NCBI RefSeq assembly: GCF_009834535.1
Contig: NC_045698.1
Location: forward strand, 8,558,001-8,622,000
From: Camelus ferus
Taxonomy: Eukaryota
Reading direction: 5' to 3'
DNA: 64,000 bases
Every line of letters starts with the position of its first letter. Positions within the stretch are counted from its first letter, which is position 1. The translations under genes were made by a program, and so were the position numbers. A model generated the notes under the pieces. It had not been told where the DNA came from and made no database searches. It was given only the letters and a program-made list of their open reading frames with translations. Shown piece after piece: positions 25,926 to 38,525 of the stretch.

Positions 25926-27454
25926 CAGAAGCAACACAGAGGGCAAAAAAGGACATTTAAAATGCTCAACATTAGTGGCTATTAAGGAAATGCAAAGTAA
26001 ACCCAGAATGAAATCCCACTACCCATCTACTAAAATGGACAAAATAGAAATATATTGAAACCACAGAGTGCTGAGCAGGAACAGGGACGCTTCTGCATGG
26101 GTGGTGGGAATGGAAAAGCGCACAGCAATTCGGGGTGAGTCTGATGGGTTTTAAAAAGTGAAAACATACGTGGAAGAATGTGACCCAGCAATCCCACTCC
26201 TGGGCATTCTACTTGAGAAATAAAAACCTATGTTTGACATCTGTCAGCAAACGGTTACAGCAACTTTATTCATAGTAACTGATAACTGGAAACAGTGGAA
26301 ATGCCCATTACTGGCGAATGGATAAACAAACAGAGACACAGCCATACAGAATACTACGTAATTTTTTATTGCAGTGTTGATGTAAGTTACAACATCGTAC
26401 AAGTCAAATACATGGCGATGAGAGAAGAAGCCAGACCGAAAAGGCTACACACGGCATGAATCTTGTATGTGATGTCCTGAAAAAGGCTAAACTCCAAGGA
26501 CAGAAATCAGATGGGGTTGCCAAGCGTTGAAGACAGAAAGAGGGGATGACCCCAGCGGGGCAAGACAGGGCTTGGTGGAATGAGGGAACTGTTCCGTATT
26601 TTACTCTGGGTGGTGGTTATAAAACTGTACACACCTGTCAGAAGTCATTGGATTTAAATCTAAAACTTTGAGTTTTATTATATGTACATCCTGAAGCATA
26701 CTTGAAGTTTTAAAAATATGAATCACATGACAGAGCTCTGAAGGACCAACGCCAGGACAAATTCAACACGTGTGGGCGAGGCAGGTGGCGCTGGGGGAGG
26801 GAGGGAGCGGCGTGCTCTGGGAGCAGCTAGGCAATGGCTAGAGGTAAAAATCAAAGAAAAAGGAGACTTTGCGGCATAAAATGCAAGCGCACACCCAGTG
26901 ACAAAGAGCTAACCCTCTCAGCACCTGCACCATCAAAATGCTTCCGGAAGTGCTGCGTAAACCTCGTCATTTGAAAATAAATGCTTTACAGACGAATCAT
27001 GATCGCTTCCTCTGCTTCTCTCTCCCGCTCCTCCCGTGGTTACCTTCATCTGCAACACCCGCACCAATGGCAGCTGCAGACTTTTCCTCTGCCTTCTAAC
27101 TTTGCTTCCCTAGATAGCGTCAGAAGCCAAAACAAGTACTTGTATGGTGTGGACTTTTGAACAGGAGATAAAAGGCGATCTGAGAGCACTCAGTTAAACT
27201 GGAACACAGAACACCGGTACCCTGCAAGGCCTTGGGTCGGATGCCACGACAAGTGGCCTTTCATTACATCACGGATACAGTAATAAATTCTGACTCCCAC
27301 GCCAGAGAAGCCACAACTACAAACACAAGTAGCAAGACTTCCAAATCTCATTTCACAGGCCTCTCAACTTGCCTCCTTTGACAGTAAGATGCCTCATAGG
27401 AAACAGGATGACAAAACTTAAATGAGTGGATGAGGAAAGAAAGAGAACAGAAGA

Positions 27455-27553
27455 ACTGAAAAATGGTGCTCTACACTGGACTTTAACACAACATTGTAAA
27501 ATGATTATAAATCAATAAAAATGTTAAAAAAATTTTAAATAAAAAATAAAAAA
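27455..27553 (+). mobile_element. ~100-bp 3' end of the young camelid L1 family, with 19-bp TSD
   Basis: actgaaaaatggtgctctacactggactttaacacaacattgtaaaatgattataaatcaa matches 6801-6862. TSD aaagaaagagaacagaaga at 27436-27454 and 27554-27572. Confidence 0.93.
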
Positions 27554-29714
27554 AAAGAAAGAGAACAGAAGAGTACTGCGTGCCTGCTCTGAACGAGGCT
27601 GTCGGCTTACCCATGACTATGTTCTCCAAAGCAGCTGTAATACTGAAGGAGTCTACTCAAGACATGGTATGTGCTAAATTTAATAAGTGGCCATTTAATA
27701 ATGGAAATGGATGATAATAAAAAGATACCACCACCACCAGAAGATAAATTGATTTACCTGTTTAAGACAATTCCTTTCCAACCAACTGTTCTGACAAGAG
27801 TGTCTAACAGGGGCCCATTTAATTAAGTTAAGTTAACTTAATATGTAAGATAGAAACCCGTGATGAATAGCTTGTGTATTTGTAGAAGTAAAATCAAAAC
27901 CGGCTGCTAGAATTTCTGCAGTGCTTCCTATATGTGCTGTTTTAACCAGCACATGATAAGGAAGGGACGACTAGTCGAGGGCAGGAGGGACTAGTCCCTG
28001 TAAGACGTGGCAAGCTGGAATCACAATCCATAGCTGGGGAGTTAGGCCACTGCCCCAGCGGCTGGGTTTGAAGTCACTGCACTGGACCTGCCCGTGTTTT
28101 CCAGCTTATTCTATAGTTGGAGTATCTCTGGGGCGCAAACAGATCCTTTGGACAAGAAGTGTGAAGTTTTTGTTTTTGATTGTCCTGACCCAAAGCCTTT
28201 TAATTTTCTCCTGAATCTGTTTCTTCAGCTCAAAGACTTGAGAACATGTTCTAGAGTGAGAAAAACATGTACACGATTTCTGGTCATGAATATGCACAAA
28301 CCGGTTGGTCACTGAAACTTGGGGTGGTATTCTGGAAACAAACCAATACTGGAAAGAGTTAAATGCACACACTTTTGCTCTGATTAATACTTGCAGGCCC
28401 TCCACACTTCCCCGTGACCATAGCCAACAGCCTATGACCAGCTGGCACTGCCTTCTGCACAGACCAGGCACCTGCCCTGGGTTCTCCTGGCTCCAGTCCT
28501 CACCGTGCTGGGATGTGTTTACACACAGCTTCTGTTCTGAAAACCCCACTTGTGTTCTTTGTGCTTTCTTTCCTTTTTACCCTCACATTCCCTCTTGAGA
28601 TACCTGCCCTCCCCGGCATCCCACACCGAGCCTCACATCTCGGATTTTCCTCTGCCCAGAAAGGAGGTTCCAGGCTCTCCACAAATCACTCCTTTTGCTT
28701 CCACCAAACGTCACGATTCCTGGGGTTCACTTGTGCTCCTTGGGGTTCTTTCCCTCCCAGCCCTGCAGTTTTAGATTCCCCTCGCTGTCCTTTAAGGATC
28801 TCAAAATCATCAGGCACATTTATTTTGCATTTTCTCTGCCAGATGTGAATATATGTATATTCCAGAGTAACGGTTCTCAAACTTCAGAGTGTGTCAGAGT
28901 CGGGCAGAGATGTAAAACTACAGAAGCCGAAGCCTCTCCTTAAGTGAAGGTCAGCCTTTTTGAAGTTCATTAGCTCTCTCAGTAAGGATTCTACTACACA
29001 TGGAAGTCTGAAACAGACTGCTGTGGATTCAGGGTAATGTGACTCAGCTGCCCCAGAACAGGTTCCGTTCTGAGTAACTGACTACCTACATTCTATATTT
29101 TAGAATGAAAGCCAGGCCCATGAAAACAGACTCATCCAACTCAAGAAATACTCCGCGAAGCCTATCTTGAAATGTATGTTTTAATTTTTAATATTCTTTG
29201 CTAGAATATGAGAGTATCAATATTAAACACCTTGCATCCATTTATGAGATACACTTTTTTCACATTTTAATGTCTCTCATGTTGGAGGTTTTAAAATCCG
29301 CATCTTAAAAATGTCTGTCAGCATCTTTCCTGTCACATTAGCCCCTAACACAATGGTGCAACTCACAATCAACATTTAAAGAAAGTCCTCCACTAACTGG
29401 AAGTTAAGAGAGAATCTGTAACCAAACAATTCAAATACTATTATGGAAATAAAGACGGCAGAACGATGCAATATTGAAATGACTAATTTAGTTCCATCTA
29501 GGACATTTAAATATAAAAGTATAAAAGAGAAATTGATAATGGTGTTCCAGTATCAAATTATCAAGAAAACTGAAGTCTTCCCTTCCAAGAGTTGAGTTGT
29601 TCTGTCAGGAGCCACGAAAGGGCGGGGTGTGGATTTCATTATGAATCTCTTGACTTGTGGATCAACAAACTCAGGTTTGTCCTGAGACCCTTCCAGATAA
29701 TAGTGTTCCAGAGT

Positions 29715-30065
29715 CACCAATTTATGCATAACCAGCTACCTCAGGCTCGGTGGTATAGAACAATGACAACTTTAAAAAGTATTGCCATCTATCGTGGACG
29801 GCTCCAAAGGTTACTTGGTGTCAGCTAAGTGGGGTTCACTGGGGTCCTGCGTGTGGCTGCAGTCAGAACGTGAGTGACTAATGGCTGGAGGCATCTCATA
29901 GACCAGATGCCTGGGAAGGAAAGACACAAACAGCTGGGGCTGGGACATCTGGGCTCCTTGGGCATCCCTCTTGGTCTCTATCTCCAGGATGCTGCCTTCT
30001 GGCTATCACATTTTTTACATTTAGTCTCAGGGCTCCAAAGGTGAGTGTCTCCAGAGAGAGAAAAA
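29715..30065 (-). mobile_element. Old MaLR LTR fragment (MLT1G/H-like)
   Basis: tgcataaccagctacctc...gtggctgcagtcag...cagctggggctgggacatctgggctccttgggcatccctc...ctcagggctccaaaggtgagtgtctccagagagag. Confidence 0.65.
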
Positions 30066-31664
30066 GAATTCACGTAAGTATTCTGAGGCAAACAGAACTC
30101 TAAACAACCTAAAAAAAATTCACAGATTGACAAGCATGCCCTTCCTAAATACAAACTGGATCGATATAAAAATCTCTCAACAAAGTTGCTTAAAATACCA
30201 TAAATAATGTTCCTTTATGAAATATTCATTGTTTACTACCATGTGTTGAAGATCATTTCAAAATGTACTGTAAGGGGATCTGTGCCCCTCAGAATTAATC
30301 ATCTCAGGTTAGGGGAAGATTTTATTTCTTATCTATGGCATCCAGAGAAATGTGAGGCCCAGTGACATGAATATTCAAAACAATAAAAATGCTTCACACG
30401 CTTTATATGTTTCAATGAAATAAACATGAAGTGGGCAATGGCCACTCTCCACGATGTAGACGCAACTTTTAAAACCTGCACAATCGGATTCAAATGCAGC
30501 AAACTGAGCCCCCACCCCAAATAATTCTGGGTTATTTTGTGTTATATAATAAGATCACAAGTATGGGTGAATAGGAATCCCCACTGTTCAGGATAAAAAG
30601 TCTCTAGAGTTACCATTCTGAGGTTTATTTTCAATGAGAAGTAGGTTCAAGGGGAAATCATAGCTGTAATTACTAGGAGGTAATGTTGGTAACTAAGGTT
30701 TTCAACTTTAAAACCGTAAACACCCCAAATCTATTTGTTCGTGTGCTATGGATTAAAGTGACTGAGAAACTCTACTTTTTCATGTACATACTTATCCTAA
30801 AAAGCAGCTATTGACAAAGTTTAAAAATTACGTTTCAGTGTAACAGAGAAATCGATGACACAAATTATTTAAATTAAGATATTTTCGTGATAATGGTATT
30901 AATGAAACAAATTTTATTTTCAACATCACCCTGAGTGGCCGAAATACGTTATTTCATTGAATTCTCACCACAAACCTACAAGGCCTATGATATCCTCTCA
31001 GTTTTAGATCTGAGAAATCTATGGTACAAATCAGCCAATTTTCTGCAAATGCTCAAGGAATCCTTTCAGCTCTTCACAAAGAACAGTAATGAAAGTGGAA
31101 GCAAAGTAACCCTCCAACAGGCAATCCTCACCCTCTCTTTTCTTGCCAGTCCATTTTAGAAATCCCTTTTTTTTGTATGCTAGTCTGTTACAGAACCACT
31201 ACCATCAGCCTTACAGGACCTCTAACTCCCAGATCAGCAATCGATTAATCCCAGACAAAATAACAGCAACAAAAAACAAATGAGACACTGGGTGCCCCAG
31301 GAGCCCTAAGTCACTGCAGTTAAAGGATTAATTAAACTTGGAACATGATCACTGAATTTAAGCCTTAAATTGATTAAGTCAGTAAAAATCTTTACTCACC
31401 ACACACTCTGTGCCGGGCATCAGAATAAAACAGTTAAAACAACAAATGGCTGTTCCCCTGAAGTTTCCATTCTAGAAGGTGAGGCAGACAAAAAAGAAAC
31501 AGCACAGTAAAGACGTGGAGGTAAGAAACAAACATGAAGCAGGGCAAGGCATACAGAGTGACCCTGGCTGGGACTAGCCTCTCTGGGGTGTGGACATTTC
31601 AGCAGAGGGGACATTACAGATCACAGCTCGTCTAGAAACTGGCCAGCTTTTCCTGGACAAATCA

Positions 31665-31912
31665 CATAACCTGGTAACCACAAGTCTGTTTTCTATGTCT
31701 GTGAGTCTGTCTCTGTTTTGTAAATAAGTTCATTTGTGTCTTTTTTTTTTTTTAAGATTCCACATGTAAATCATATCATCTGGTACTTTTCTTTCTCTTT
31801 CTGGCTTACTTCACTTAGAATGATGATCTCTAGGCCCATCCATGTTGCTGCAAATGACATTATTTTATTCTATTTTATGGCTGAGTAGTACTTCATTGTA
31901 TATACACACATA
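31665..31912 (-). mobile_element. L1 ORF2-end/3'UTR fragment
   Basis: ctggtaaccacaagtctgttttctatgtctgtgagtctgtctctgttttgtaaataagttcatt...agattccacatg...tctggcttacttcacttagaatg. Confidence 0.9.
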
Positions 31913-32154
31913 ATCTTTTTATGTCCAAGCTTCCTGATCTGTAAAATTAGGGATTAGACTAGAATGGCACTTAATGGACTTTCAGGCTCTGAAGTTCTGT
32001 GACTCTGAGACCTTTCATTCAAAAGAAAGCCTTACAATGAAGAGTTTGCTCTGTGAATTTATCTAAAGACCCTCTGATTCCAATGGAACCAACTTCATCA
32101 ATCTACCGCCAAACTGCATTTCCTTATGAACCCTTCCTGACAAGAGGCAAGGTT

Positions 32155-33072
32155 ATATATGTCATATATATATATATATCCCACATTTTTCTTTATCCAT
32201 TCATCCACTGATGGACACTTAGGCTGCTTCTATATCTTGGCAACTGTAAATAATGCTGCAATGAACATGGGAGTACAGATATCTTTTTGAATTAGTGTTT
32301 TTATTTTCTTCAAGTAAATACCCAGAAATGAAATTGGTGAATTATATGATAGTTCTATTTTAAATTTATTGAAGAAACTCCATACTGTTTTCCACAGTGG
32401 GTACACCAATTTACCATCCCACCAACAGTGCACAAGGGTTCCCTTTTCTCCATATCCACACCAGCATTTATCTCTTGTCTTTTTGGTGGTGCCCATTCTA
32501 ACAGGTGTGGGCTGATATCTCATTGCTGTTTTGATTTGCATTTCCTGATAATTAGTGACGTTGAGCATCTTTTCGTGTACTTATTGGCCATCTTTATGTC
32601 TTCTCTGGAAAATACCTATTAAGATCTTCTGCCCATTCTATAATCAGATAGTTCTTTTGTTTTTTGTTTTTTTTTTTTGCAATTGAGTAGTATGAGTTAT
32701 TTATATATTTTAGATATTAACCCCTTATTGAATATACAATTTGCAAATATTTTCCCCCAGTCCATAGGCTGCCTTTTTATTTTTGTTAGTGATTTCCTCT
32801 GCTTTGCAAAGCTTTTTAGCTTCATGTAGTCCCACTTGTTTATTTCTTGCTTTGTTGCCTTTGCTTTTGGAGTCAGATCCAAAAAATTCTCACCAACGCC
32901 AATGTCAAGGAGCTTACTGCCAAAGTTTTCTTCTAGGAAGTTTATGGTTTCAGGTCTTGCATTCAAGTCTTTAATCAAATCAGTTAAGTTCTGTGTATGA
33001 TGTAAGATAGTGGTCCAGTTTCATTCTTTTGCATGTGGCTGTCTAGCTTCCCAACATCATTTATTGAAGAGA
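32155..33072 (-). mobile_element. LINE-1 ORF2 C-terminal remnant
   Basis: ORFs 32230..32568 and 32697..32978 translate to L1 ORF2 (IKDLNARPETINFLEEN...KINKWD-like; [18 protein letters not shown]). Confidence 0.95.
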
Positions 33073-33565
33073 CACAACAGGCATAGTATCTCTGAACATT
33101 AGCAAAGAATTTTCAGGACTCCACATTGTCTATCTTGTTCACCAGGTATCTAACTTGTTCACGTATTTACTGCCCAAATTCCTATCACCTGAAAAATACT
33201 AATTAATGAAATCAACTTCAGTGCAGAAATCCTGACTTTTTTTCATGATATGAAAGATGATGCTGAGTACATGGTATCAGAAGTAGGGCTTACACAAAGG
33301 GAGGAGGCAACTGTGAATACACTGAAAAATTTGGATCCACAATGACCTCTTAAGTCCAGTTTGACAGGCTGAATTCCATAAGCTGTACCAGTAACAAATG
33401 CAAACCTCTACACTAGGGATTAGAAGACCACATGAACAAGAACAGCATGGAAAAGTGAGGTAGAAACATATATGAAGAAAATCTCCTTAGGGGTTGTAGC
33501 AGTAGTAAGTGTAAGTTGGAACGACCTATAATAAGAGGTTCTGGCAAACAGACGCCCTAGGCTCT

Positions 33566-33730
33566 TGCTACCTAAAGTGTGGTCTCTGGACCAGCTATGT
33601 CACTATTACCTGGGAGCTAATTAGAAATGCAGAATCTTGGGATCCACTCCAGACATACATAATCAGACTTCGCAGATTGGAAAGATCCCCAGGTGATTTT
33701 GTATGCACATCAAATTTTGGGAGGCACCAC
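33566..33730. mobile_element. MER5-type hAT-Charlie MITE
   Basis: aaagtgtggtctctggaccagc...acctgggagctaattagaaatgcagaatct...atccccaggtgattttgtatgcacatcaaattttgg. Confidence 0.8.
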
Positions 33731-33939
33731 CCCAGGCTCTTAACCAGGTCAGACAAGATGCAACTCCAGTCTAGCCTCAAGAAAACACACCTGCAATACA
33801 AAAGCACCTGTAACCACATATTAATGAGCTATAAATCAGTTAGACCACGACAGAGGACAAGCTCAAACCTCTATAACTACCAGGATTATTCAAAGGCACC
33901 GGGGATATTCAATTCTGAATGTGCACAATACACAGTACA

Positions 33940-34250
33940 ATACACAGTATCGACTAGCTAATGGCATGTGAGTAGTTAGCACTTAAAATGAAGCTAGTCC
34001 AAATTAAGATGTTCTGTAAGCATAAAATACAACCTAACTACAAAGACTTGGTGAGAAAAGAATGTGAAATATCTCTGTAATAATTTCTATATTGAATATG
34101 TTAAAATAATACGTTGGATGTGTTGGGTTAATGCAAATGTATCACTAAAATTAATTTCAGCTATTTCTATTTGCATTTTTTAACATGGCTTCCTAGAAAT
34201 TTTAAACTCCCTGTGTGGTTCCCATTTGATTTCTGCTGGACAGTGCTGCT
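33940..34250. mobile_element. MER3/MER33-like hAT DNA transposon remnant (donor of the 14493-14583 copy)
   Basis: actagctaatggcatgtgagtagttagcacttaaaatgaagctagtccaaattaagat...ttgggttaa...aaaattaatttcagctatttct...tagaaattttaaactccctgtgtgg...tttctgctggacagtgctg. Confidence 0.8.
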
Positions 34251-36574
34251 TTACAGACAACCAGGACCAGGCATGGGAGTTCTTCTCAAACACGTGGAGC
34301 ACCACTGTATGTAAGAAAGGTTAACCTGGCTCAGTCTGAACCAAGGATTAGAACCAGGACTTCATGTTGTGCATACGATCCGGAGCAGGTAAAGAACCTT
34401 CCCTTATTTTCCAAAAATGCCCGGGAGGTAATGTCATCATTCCCAGAGACTGATTACTGAATCTGAGAGTCAGGAAAAGGTTGCATTTCTTGTCTTACAA
34501 AATAACCTGAAAAGACAGCAATGAAAAAGAAACAAGAAAACCTAACTACCTATCAACAAACACTGCCTCTTGAGCAATTGCTAATACACACTCTCTTTTC
34601 CTCCAGAGAAGACTTACAGAAACTCATTTTATTTTCTCCTTAGCGAAGGACCACTGGAGACAGAGGCAGGCTGGAGCATTATCAGAGGAACTGACATCCA
34701 CGCTTGCAGGCCGACATTTTCCTGAAGATGCCACGGACCCTCGCTAAATGTCTTGGTGGATAAATTACACTTCATCTATTAGAACAAATATTGCTGTGCT
34801 GAGAGCGTCAAGCATCCCAGCCAGCCTGCGTCACTACTGCAGGAGGAGAAAATAAATAAAGGAACACAGCCTCCCTGTTTCCATAAACCTGATCAACAAT
34901 ATGTGATGAAGACTGACAACAGTTTAGCAAGAAGTATCTACCTCACTGCTATGATGCTCAAGATAATGTCAAAAAAATAAAAAAATAACTCTCTGAGCTT
35001 GAGCCCGAGACAAAGCTACACAATTCTGGCTCATATTTCAGACTTAAGTAATTCATCTTCTGGCTGCCTATTCAAAATGCTAAGTGACTATTTCTGGTCC
35101 ACGAGACTGACTCTGACCCTGTCTGGATCAATGAAATCTCAAGAAGTAAATGTTTTCAAGGGCCACGTGTTTGGTTTTAACGGACCATGCTTTTAAAGAG
35201 AATATAAAGTATTATATTATTTGATCTGGTCCAGAGAATCTGAAGATTAGTTGGACCTATTTTTGAATTATCAAGTATCAGTAGCCCAAAGTAGTTCAAA
35301 CACTGCTGTCTGATTCGGATTTAGATTCAAGGGAATTTGGTACGAGTCCTAGTTCTTATCCTGGTGAAATTACGAGAGTTTCATTCGCTTGGCGCTTGAT
35401 GACAGCATTGGCGGCTGCCCTACCGTTTCTCCCAGCTCCACTCTCCACAGTCCATATTTCTGTGTAACGGAAGGAAAACACGGCTTCCTTTATAACCCCA
35501 GAAAACCCATATTTATCCAAATAAAGCTTATGTGATCTTTAAGAATGAATAACCTTACAGAAATAATTTAATACATATTTCTAAGAAGGATGTATAATAG
35601 CTCCCCAAAGACTTTTTAAAATTTATAAAGCCAACTCTCTCGAATGCATTATGAATACTCCTAAGTAAGGGATGGAGAGACTAAAATACACACACAGAGA
35701 GAGACACAAAAACATTCCTTGCCAGATTCTGAAGTCTAACGTTGCAACTCCTGAAGCAAATTAGGATATGTGTTCGCAGATTCCCGTAAAATGAAAGCCA
35801 TCTCCCAGCTATAATTATTCCACAGATTCTGCAAATGGAGAAAGCTGTTAACAGCGTAAAGCAGCAGTAGCCCAGAACGTCTATGTCACTCTGTTCTTAA
35901 TTGCCGAGCTGCTGGATTCATGGAGCACCTGTTGTTTACTTTAACCTCCACTCTAATTTTAGAGATGCCAGGTTTACCCTGACGCCAGCTTTTTGATGCA
36001 TTGATGGTTTTTCAAAAATCTCAATACCTGAGTCCTTGTAATCACTATATTCAGCTGGAAGATCGCTCTTTTACTACTAAACCTCATGAATGGTGTAAGT
36101 CTGGCTAGTGTCTTTATCAAGCTTCATGGGAAGTGACTAAGATGAATCTGCACGTCACAGACTTGCTGTAAGTGAAGCGGGAAGGTGAAGGTCAGGGAGT
36201 TATCCTGTAACTGCCTGGGTGCCACTATCCTCACGTACAGGGGCTGAAGTGTGGCCAGAACAGGGTCACCTAATGTGACACAGCACAGGACCTGACTGTC
36301 CAGTGGCTTGATGACCAAGGACTAAGCAGGGAGCCACAGCTAGTTCCAAAGTGGAAAGCAGCATTTTTTTTTGTTCTTAACTTTAAGGGCGTGGAATAGC
36401 CAGGGATATCATGAGCACGACTGATTCGTCGGTTTCACAAAATCAGGACCTTAACATGTTAATTTTTGCTTAATAATTCTGAACTACTTTTCCCTAGCAC
36501 AGTGCCACCATTTAGTAAGAACATAATAAACATGTGTTCAGTGAATAAATCAATCTCATCCACTATATGGTACC

Positions 36575-37270
36575 TGTTAGAGATTGAATTGTCTCCCCAG
36601 AAAATCACTTCTTTTTGTTTGTTTTTTCTGTGTGTTTTTTACTGAAGTACCATCAGTTACAATGTGTCAATTTCTTGTGTACAGCACAACGTCCCAGTCA
36701 TGCACATGCATACACATATTCCTCCTCATGTTTTTTTCATTAAACGTTATTACAAGATATTGACCATAGTTCCCAGTGCTATACAGCAGAAACTTGTTTT
36801 TTTAGTCTATTTTTATATATAGTGGCTAACATCTGTAAATCTCAAATGAAATCCACTTGTTGAGTCCTAACCCTTAGTGCCTCAAAATGTGACCTTATTT
36901 GAAAATACAGTTGTTGCAAGATGTAATTAATCAAGATGAGATCACCCTGGAGTAGGGTGAGCCTCTAATCCAATGTGACTGGTGTCCTTTGCAAAGGAGC
37001 ACCATTTGAAGAGGTGGCAAACACACAGGGAGAACACCAAGTGAAGATGAAGACAGAGATTGGGGTGACACAGTAGAAGCCAAGGAATGCCAAGGTTGCC
37101 AGGAACCACTGGTAAATAGGAGAGATGCAGGACAGATTCTCCCGTGAAGCCCCGAGCAGGATACCCTCGATCATGGACTTCTGTTTCCAAAAGTCTGGGA
37201 TAATAAATTTCTATTATTTAAGCTACCTGGTGTGCAGTAGTTTCTTACAACAGCCCTAGAAAACTAATAT
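36575..37270 (+). mobile_element. MaLR solo LTR (MLT1B/C-like) interrupted by an L1 fragment
   Basis: tgttagagattgaattgtctcccc...cctcaaaatgtgaccttatttgaaaata...gccaaggaatgccaagg...ttacaacagccctagaaaactaata. Confidence 0.88.
36611..36848 (-). mobile_element. Camelid L1 3'UTR fragment nested in the MLT1 LTR
   Basis: T-rich tail then actgaagtaccatcagttacaatgtgtcaatttc...ggctaacatctgtaaatctcaaa; imperfect TSD gaaaatcactt/gaaatccactt. Confidence 0.88.
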
Positions 37271-37634
37271 GGTAAGTAAGACAAACTATGACTTGATATT
37301 TATAAACAAAAGTGGAAAGTTTAAATCTGAGTAAAATCAATAGTATATAAAAGCTAAGAAAAAAAGATTTTCAAGGGGGTGTTTATCACTATGTTTAATG
37401 TTTAGATCCCTTAAAATTGCACCTGGTCTACAAAAGCATAAACAGAAAAACTAAATGCAATCAGAGCATCTTAAAAATAAGCCCTTTGAAAAAAGAGACT
37501 TTGATTTTATACACTGATTCACCCCTAGTACCTAAAATACAGTGTAGCACAGTATGGCCATAAACCACCATGGTTTGTTGAAAGAATGAATGAATGGCCA
37601 ACAGAGAGATGTGTAATTCAAAATGCAGGAGCAT

Positions 37635-37798
37635 GGGGGAGGGTATAGCTCAGTGGTAGAGTGTGTGCCTATCATGCACAAGGTCCTGGTTTCAATCCCC
37701 AGTACCTCCATTAAAAGGTAAATAAATAAATAACCTAATTACTATTCCCCCCAAAAAAAATTTTTTAAAAAGCAAATGCTTAAATAAGGCTAACTTAA
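37635..37798 (+). mobile_element. tRNA-Ala-derived camelid SINE (Vic-1 type)
   Basis: gggggagggtatagctcagtggtagagtgtgtgcctatcatgcacaaggtcctggtttcaatccccagtacctcca plus tail. Near-TSD caaaatgcaggagca (37619-37633) / caaaatgcaagagca (37799-37813). Confidence 0.92.
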
Positions 37799-38314
37799 CA
37801 AAATGCAAGAGCAAACTGGTGAACATGCTTAATCAAACATTAAAAACTAAAAATTCAAAACAGGAATAGGCTATATAAAAAGTGTTTATCATTTCTACCA
37901 GAAGAATTTCGCTGTGTTTTAAAATCAAATGTCTGTCAGTCATTGAGAAAGAAATCCCAGTGGAAAAATTAGAAATATGCCATATGTCGTCAGCCTGAAG
38001 AAAACACAAGTACAGTGACATTTTCCACATTTCAAAGAACTATTTATCAAATGTTTGCCTCTTGCTGTGCAGATGGCAAAGTCGCTGTGGTTTGAAAGGG
38101 TGATTAGAAATAAACAATCTGGAAATAGATTCTGAAAATTTTAATGAATAGTGTATATGTATGTGGCAATGTATACACAGACACGTCCCTTAATGAATTA
38201 CTTGTGGATTACACTGTCAAGTAGTAGATTAAAAAAATCTTTCCACCACAGTAGTGATTATGCAAAAAGCTGGCCATTGTTTAGAATTCTGTAAAAAAAA
38301 AAAAAGTGAGTTAA

Positions 38315-38525
38315 TGCTAACAGATACACATTACTATATATAAAACAGATAAACAACAAGGACCTACTGTATAGCACAGGGAACTATATTCAATTTCTTG
38401 TAATAACATATAATGGAAAAGAATCTAAAAACCAAAGTACATATTTGTCTAACTGAATCACTTTGCTATGCGCCTGAAACTAACATTGAAAATCATCTAC
38501 ACTTCAATAAAAAATATTTTTTTTT
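38315..38525 (+). mobile_element. Cetartiodactyl-type L1 3' end with 14-bp TSD
   Basis: aacagatacacattactatatataaaacagataaacaacaaggacctactgtatagcacagggaactatattcaat; TSD aaaaagtgagttaa at 38301-38314 and 38526-38539. Confidence 0.9.

Larger units (their letters stand above)
24540..26715 (+). mobile_element. Old, heavily decayed LINE-1 (ORF2 RT region to 3'UTR) with nested elements
   Basis: gaaaaagcgcttgaccaaattcaacatcc (EKAFDKIQHP-like), aacattgtactagagattccagccagt, aactattcacagactacataatt (LFADDMI-like), tgacccagcaatcccactcctgggcatt, and an L1M-type 3' end. Confidence 0.85.

Noticed and set aside
28106..28549. 147-aa minus-strand ORF with an acceptor-like site (..TCSQVFELKKQIQEKIKRL..)
   Set aside because: No strong donor and no recognisable homology; compatible with chance.
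14493..34074. A 19.5-kb inversion with staggered breakpoints as the explanation for the inverted 91-bp duplicate
   Set aside because: The MER3/MER33-like element at 34 kb is continuous on both sides of the duplicated segment and both L1 pieces at 14.5 kb share one orientation, so there is no breakpoint at 34 kb.
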